Virus record (IMG/VR): IMGVR_UViG_3300042347_000438
Coordinates: 1-28,955 of that record
Length of the DNA: 28,955 nucleotides
Strand: one strand, 5' to 3'
Source of the DNA: a virus
Lineage: Duplodnaviria > Caudoviricetes
The translations under genes were made by a program, and so were the position numbers. Below are positions 25,415 to 28,955 of the stretch, in pieces. Position 1 is the stretch's first letter. Each line of letters begins with the position of its first letter. The notes beneath the pieces are model-generated. The model was not told the DNA's origin and searched no databases. It saw only the letters and a list, made by a program, of their open reading frames with translations.

Positions 25415-27070
25415 ATGCAACTACGACCCCGCCAGGCCGACTTCGTGAAGCGATGCCTGGGCGCCCTGGCCAAGGAGGGTAACACCCTTGGCATCGCACC
25501 GACCGGAGCTGGCAAAACTGTCATGCTGTCCGCTGTGCTTGACGGCCTCAAGGGCCGGTCCCTGGTCCTCCAGCACCGGATCGAGCTCGTCAACCAGAAC
25601 AAGCGAACCTACCTGGCCTTCGTGCCGGGCGCACCGACCTCCGAATACACGGCCGACCAGAAGATCTGGTCCGATGGCGTGACCTTCGGCATGGTCCAGA
25701 CCCTGTGCCGGGACAAGAACCTGGCGACCCTTCCGAAGCTCGACACCATCGTCATTGACGAATGCCACCATGTCGCAGCCGAGTCCTACCAGGAGATCCT
25801 GGCAAAGGCACGATCGGTAAATCCGGAGCTGAAGGTCTTCGGCGTCACCGCAACGCCGGAGCGTGGAGACCGCAAGGCTCTCGGCCGGATCTTCTCGAAC
25901 ACCGCAGACCAGATCACGCTCCCGGAGCTCATCGAGTCCGGACACCTTGTTAAGCCCCGGTGCTTCGTCATCGACTGCGACATCAAGGACGAGCTCTCGA
26001 AGGTCAAGGCGACGATCGCCGACTTCGACATGGAGGAGGTCGCCTCCATCATGGACAAGGAGGCGATCACGGATCGTGTCATCGAGGAGTGGAAGAAGGT
26101 GGCCGGAGACCGGCAGACCGTAATCTTCTGTTCTACGATCGAGCACGCCGACCACGTCAACCACGCCTTCACCAACGCCGGCGTCAAAGCGAGCATCGTG
26201 CACAGCGAGCTCCAGGACGACCAGCGTGCGTTGCGCCTGGACAAGTTCGACAAGGGCGAGATCCAGGTGATGATCAACGTCGCCGTGCTCACGGAAGGAT
26301 GGGATTGTCAGACCGTAAGCTGCATCGTGTTGCTCCGGCCCTGTAGCTACAAGAGCACCATGATCCAGATGATCGGCCGTGGCCTCCGCAAGGTCGATCC
26401 GGCTCGTTATCCCGGCGTCATCAAGGACGACTGTGTCGTCCTCGACTTCGGCTATTCCCTGCTTTCCCATGGCTCGATCGAAGTGACGGCCCCGAAGCTC
26501 ACGCCGGAGGAGGAGGTCGAGATGACCACATGCACGAAGTGTGGCCACACATACCCGGCACGCATCGCCCTGTGCCCCGCATGCCAGGCCGAAACCGAGG
26601 TCGAGGTTGAAGTACCGGAGAACGAGAAGGAAGCGCTGGAATACTTCGCCATGCGTGAAGTCCACTTGATGGACATGTCCCCTTACCGGTGGATCACCAT
26701 GTTTGATGGAATGGTAATGATGGCCAACGGCATGACGGCCTGGGTCGTCATCGTCAACTACGCCGGCCGATGGTATTCCGTCGGCGGTATCGGCTACCAG
26801 GCCAAGGTCCTCGGCAGCTCTGCCCTGGACTCCAAGATCACGGCTATCGCCACATGCGATGACTTCCTCCGTGTCCACGGAGACGCCTCCCTGGCCGGCA
26901 AGAACAAGCGCTGGCTGACCCAGCCGGCAAGCGAAAAACAACTTGCACAGTTGGGGCTTGCAGGAGGCATGCACTTCTCCAAAACCAAGTACCAAGCCTG
27001 TTGCGATCTGACCTGGATGTTCAATGAAAAGAGCATCGAGCGAGTGATCAAAAACGCAGCCCAATCCTAA
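25415..27070 (+). CDS. Superfamily 2 DEAD/DEAH-box helicase with Zn ribbon
   Basis: Q motif LRPRQ, motif I APTGAGKT, motif II DECH, motif III TAT, motif V LTEGWD, motif VI QMIGRGLR, plus CTKC...CPAC. Confidence 0.92.
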   Translation: MQLRPRQADFVKRCLGALAKEGNTLGIAPTGAGKTVMLSAVLDGLKGRSLVLQHRIELVNQNKRTYLAFVPGAPTSEYTADQKIWSDGVTFGMVQTLCRDKNLATLPKLDTIVIDECHHVAAESYQEILAKARSVNPELKVFGVTATPERGDRKALGRIFSNTADQITLPELIESGHLVKPRCFVIDCDIKDELSKVKATIADFDMEEVASIMDKEAITDRVIEEWKKVAGDRQTVIFCSTIEHADHVNHAFTNAGVKASIVHSELQDDQRALRLDKFDKGEIQVMINVAVLTEGWDCQTVSCIVLLRPCSYKSTMIQMIGRGLRKVDPARYPGVIKDDCVVLDFGYSLLSHGSIEVTAPKLTPEEEVEMTTCTKCGHTYPARIALCPACQAETEVEVEVPENEKEALEYFAMREVHLMDMSPYRWITMFDGMVMMANGMTAWVVIVNYAGRWYSVGGIGYQAKVLGSSALDSKITAIATCDDFLRVHGDASLAGKNKRWLTQPASEKQLAQLGLAGGMHFSKTKYQACCDLTWMFNEKSIERVIKNAAQS

Positions 27071-27077
27071 CCGACTT

Positions 27078-27863
27078 ATGTTCACCCCCGATACAGGCCC
27101 GGCCTTCGCCGAGGCCTTCAGACAGATCATCGACAAAGCGTTGATCGAAAAACGGTCGTCCCAGCCGAAGCGCCAATACCTTGGAGCTTCCATGTGGGGC
27201 GACAGCTGCGACCGAAAGCTCGCATACATCTACCACCAGATCCCGGAGGACGAAGGCACCGGCTTCCCGGCCAACATCCTTCGCATCTTCGACATGGGTC
27301 ATGACGGCGAAGCTCGCATGGCCGAGCACATCAAGCTCGCCGGCTTCGACCTTCATACCAACAAGCCGGACGGAGGTCAGTACGGCTTCGAGGCGTGCGA
27401 CGGGAAGCTCAAGGGCCACATTGACGGCGTGATCCTGGCCGGCCCGGAGATCGAAGGCCTTGAATGGCCGGCCCTGTGGGAGAACAAGGAGCTCAACGAC
27501 AAGAGCTGGAACGACACCGTAAAGAAGGGCGTCAAGATCTCCAAGCCCCTGTACTACGTCCAGGCCCAGGTCTACATGGCCTACCTGGAGCTCCCGAATA
27601 CCCTGTTCACGACACGCAACCGCAACACCGGAGAGGTGCACGCCGAGCTCATCAAGTTCGACCCTCGTGTCGCCCAGGAGGCCAGCGACAAGGCCGTCCG
27701 GATCGTCACGTCCCTCAACCCGGACGAGATGTCCAAGTGCACGAGCGACCCTGCGGATTTCAGATGCAAATTCTGTAACTTCAAGAACCGGTGCTGGGAA
27801 ACCAAGCCGGCATCCGTGACTCCAACCCCTACCGACAAACCAGCATGGCTCCGAAAAAAGTAA
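27078..27863 (+). CDS. PD-(D/E)XK exonuclease, Cas4-like
   Basis: 'GHIDG...WENK' catalytic pattern and 'YYVQAQVYM'. The N-terminal Cys plus C-terminal CKFCNFKNRC match a Cas4/AddB-type Fe-S staple. Confidence 0.85.
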   Translation: MFTPDTGPAFAEAFRQIIDKALIEKRSSQPKRQYLGASMWGDSCDRKLAYIYHQIPEDEGTGFPANILRIFDMGHDGEARMAEHIKLAGFDLHTNKPDGGQYGFEACDGKLKGHIDGVILAGPEIEGLEWPALWENKELNDKSWNDTVKKGVKISKPLYYVQAQVYMAYLELPNTLFTTRNRNTGEVHAELIKFDPRVAQEASDKAVRIVTSLNPDEMSKCTSDPADFRCKFCNFKNRCWETKPASVTPTPTDKPAWLRKK

Positions 27864-28156
27864 AGCGTCCCGAAGATCCGGACATCGCACATGGCAAGAC
27901 CATGCGCAAGCTCGTCAACGACTACGCCGATGACGCCGGCGACGAGGAGATGCTCGTGGCTGACGGCTTCGATGCGGCCATCATCGGAGTGACCGAAGGG
28001 TGCAACCCGAAGGTCGTCTACGATTGGGACAAGTGCATCGAGATCCTCCGCAAGGACATGTCCGAGGAGGACGCCCTGGAGCACATGAGCTTCAACGTGA
28101 CCGGAGCTTATGTCGGAGAACGCACGCCCCTGTTCATCCGCTTCCTTCTCACATGA
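27845..28156 (+). CDS. Conserved-looking phage hypothetical protein (103 aa)
   Basis: Likely start ATG 27845. Acidic protein with 'DGFDAAIIG...VYD...FNVTGAYVGERTPLF', a pattern familiar from aquatic phage hypotheticals. Confidence 0.7.
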   Translation: MAPKKVKRPEDPDIAHGKTMRKLVNDYADDAGDEEMLVADGFDAAIIGVTEGCNPKVVYDWDKCIEILRKDMSEEDALEHMSFNVTGAYVGERTPLFIRFLLT

Positions 28157-28533
28157 GGGCCAAGGACCAGATCAACGGCGTAGGCATGGCCTACTTCCGT
28201 GCCGAACGCATCAAGATCATGGCGCCCCTCATCCGGCGTTGCAACAAGGAGAACATGACCATCACCCAGGCGTCCAAGTATCTCGGATGGTCGGAGTCTG
28301 CCCTCCGCAATTGGATCCGCATCCTGTGCATCAAGTGGAAGACCGGCCGTAAGCGTACGGTCTACAAGTACGACAAGACGGGATGGGAGAAGGCCGTCCT
28401 GGAGGGCCAGGCCAAGGGCTTGCCGATCTACCGGATCGCAGCCCAGCTCGGCACCGGACATTGGAACCTCTCCAGGTTCATGAAGGAGAACGGACTCCGT
28501 CAGCCCAACCGCAAGAACCGACTGATGCCATGA
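28153..28533 (+). CDS. Double helix-turn-helix DNA-binding protein (126 aa)
   Basis: ATGA-coupled start at 28153. HTH-like segments are 'TITQASKYLGWSESALRNW' and 'PIYRIAAQLGTGHWNLSRF'. Confidence 0.7.
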   Translation: MRAKDQINGVGMAYFRAERIKIMAPLIRRCNKENMTITQASKYLGWSESALRNWIRILCIKWKTGRKRTVYKYDKTGWEKAVLEGQAKGLPIYRIAAQLGTGHWNLSRFMKENGLRQPNRKNRLMP

Positions 28534-28955
28534 TCAACCAGGACCAGATCAGAGATCACCTCTACGTCATCTTCTCCGACCTACCCGACGCCGGCTACGT
28601 CTGCGTGCGTGGGATCGGCGAGAAGGGCACGCCGGGCGAAGGCCGGTTCATGGACGACAAGCACATCGACCTGTCCCTTGGCTTCGACCACCTCCTGGCC
28701 GAAGTGACCAGGCATGTCGAACGCTGGACGGCCAGCGGTCACGCCAGCTTCATCGTCCCAGGCATCCTAAAAGCTCCCAAGGGATCGTCCGACAACGTCT
28801 CCAGCTTCAGCTCGATCGTTGTGGATCTTGATGCCGGCGACATCCTGGCGAAGCATCAGTACCTCAAGTCCAACCTGGGCGAGCCCACGGCCGTCGTCTA
28901 CTCCGGAGGCACGCATGACGGCGTCCTCAAGCGACACCTTTATTGGACGCTCGCA
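28530..28955 (+). CDS. AEP-superfamily (RepB-like) primase, N-terminal part (3'-truncated; absent from the ORF track)
   Basis: ATGA-coupled start, and the frame stays open to the window end. It translates MINQDQIRDHL...IVVDLDAGD...AVVYSGG...KRHLYWTL, showing AEP motif I (DxD) and motif II (SG..H.YW). Confidence 0.8.
   Translation, partial: MINQDQIRDHLYVIFSDLPDAGYVCVRGIGEKGTPGEGRFMDDKHIDLSLGFDHLLAEVTRHVERWTASGHASFIVPGILKAPKGSSDNVSSFSSIVVDLDAGDILAKHQYLKSNLGEPTAVVYSGGTHDGVLKRHLYWTLA

Noticed and set aside
25421-27229. 602-aa minus-strand ORF, and similar long antisense ORFs (1783-2895, 5955-6908, 16630-17778, 19354-20586, 23259-24473)
   Set aside because: They are shadows of strongly codon-biased + strand genes that carry clear motifs. 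Their translations have no recognisable motifs.
27078-27863. Cas4-like nuclease as evidence of a CRISPR-Cas system
   Set aside because: I saw no repeat-spacer array or other cas genes. Stand-alone Cas4-like nucleases are common in phage replication modules.
1-28955. Alternative genetic code or stop-codon reassignment
   Set aside because: Standard-code ORFs tile the + strand almost without gaps, including a 10.9-kb ORF. Recoding is not needed to explain the gene structure.

Overview
This is a roughly 29 kb segment of a tailed dsDNA phage with podovirus-like organisation. All supported genes are on the + strand and tightly packed. The order is: portal C-terminus, scaffold, major capsid (followed by an intrinsic terminator), head-tail adaptor, tail tube/nozzle, GNAT-like protein, three internal-virion/ejection proteins and a 3,637-aa giant virion protein. 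A putative lysis cluster follows (small membrane protein, lipoprotein with C-terminal TM helices, mini-zincin, HNH-like protein, holin), then a replication/recombination module (Cro-like HTH, AAA_24/Sak4-like ATPase, SSB-like protein, SF2 helicase, Cas4-like nuclease, HTH protein, truncated AEP primase). The main finding is the giant protein. An HExxH zincin domain is followed by modules separated by ten copies of an 'SED' linker motif: an intact RadC/JAB module, its catalytically dead duplicate, a possible BECR-like RNase module and four diverged copies of an unrecognised two-histidine domain. This suggests an injected polyprotein or effector cassette array. Other signals are apparent avoidance of CGCG, a recurrent AACCGAC motif before replication-gene start codons in place of Shine-Dalgarno sites, and a structured intergenic element with a tRNA T-arm-like hairpin. 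All product calls come from motifs and gene order only; no database search was run.
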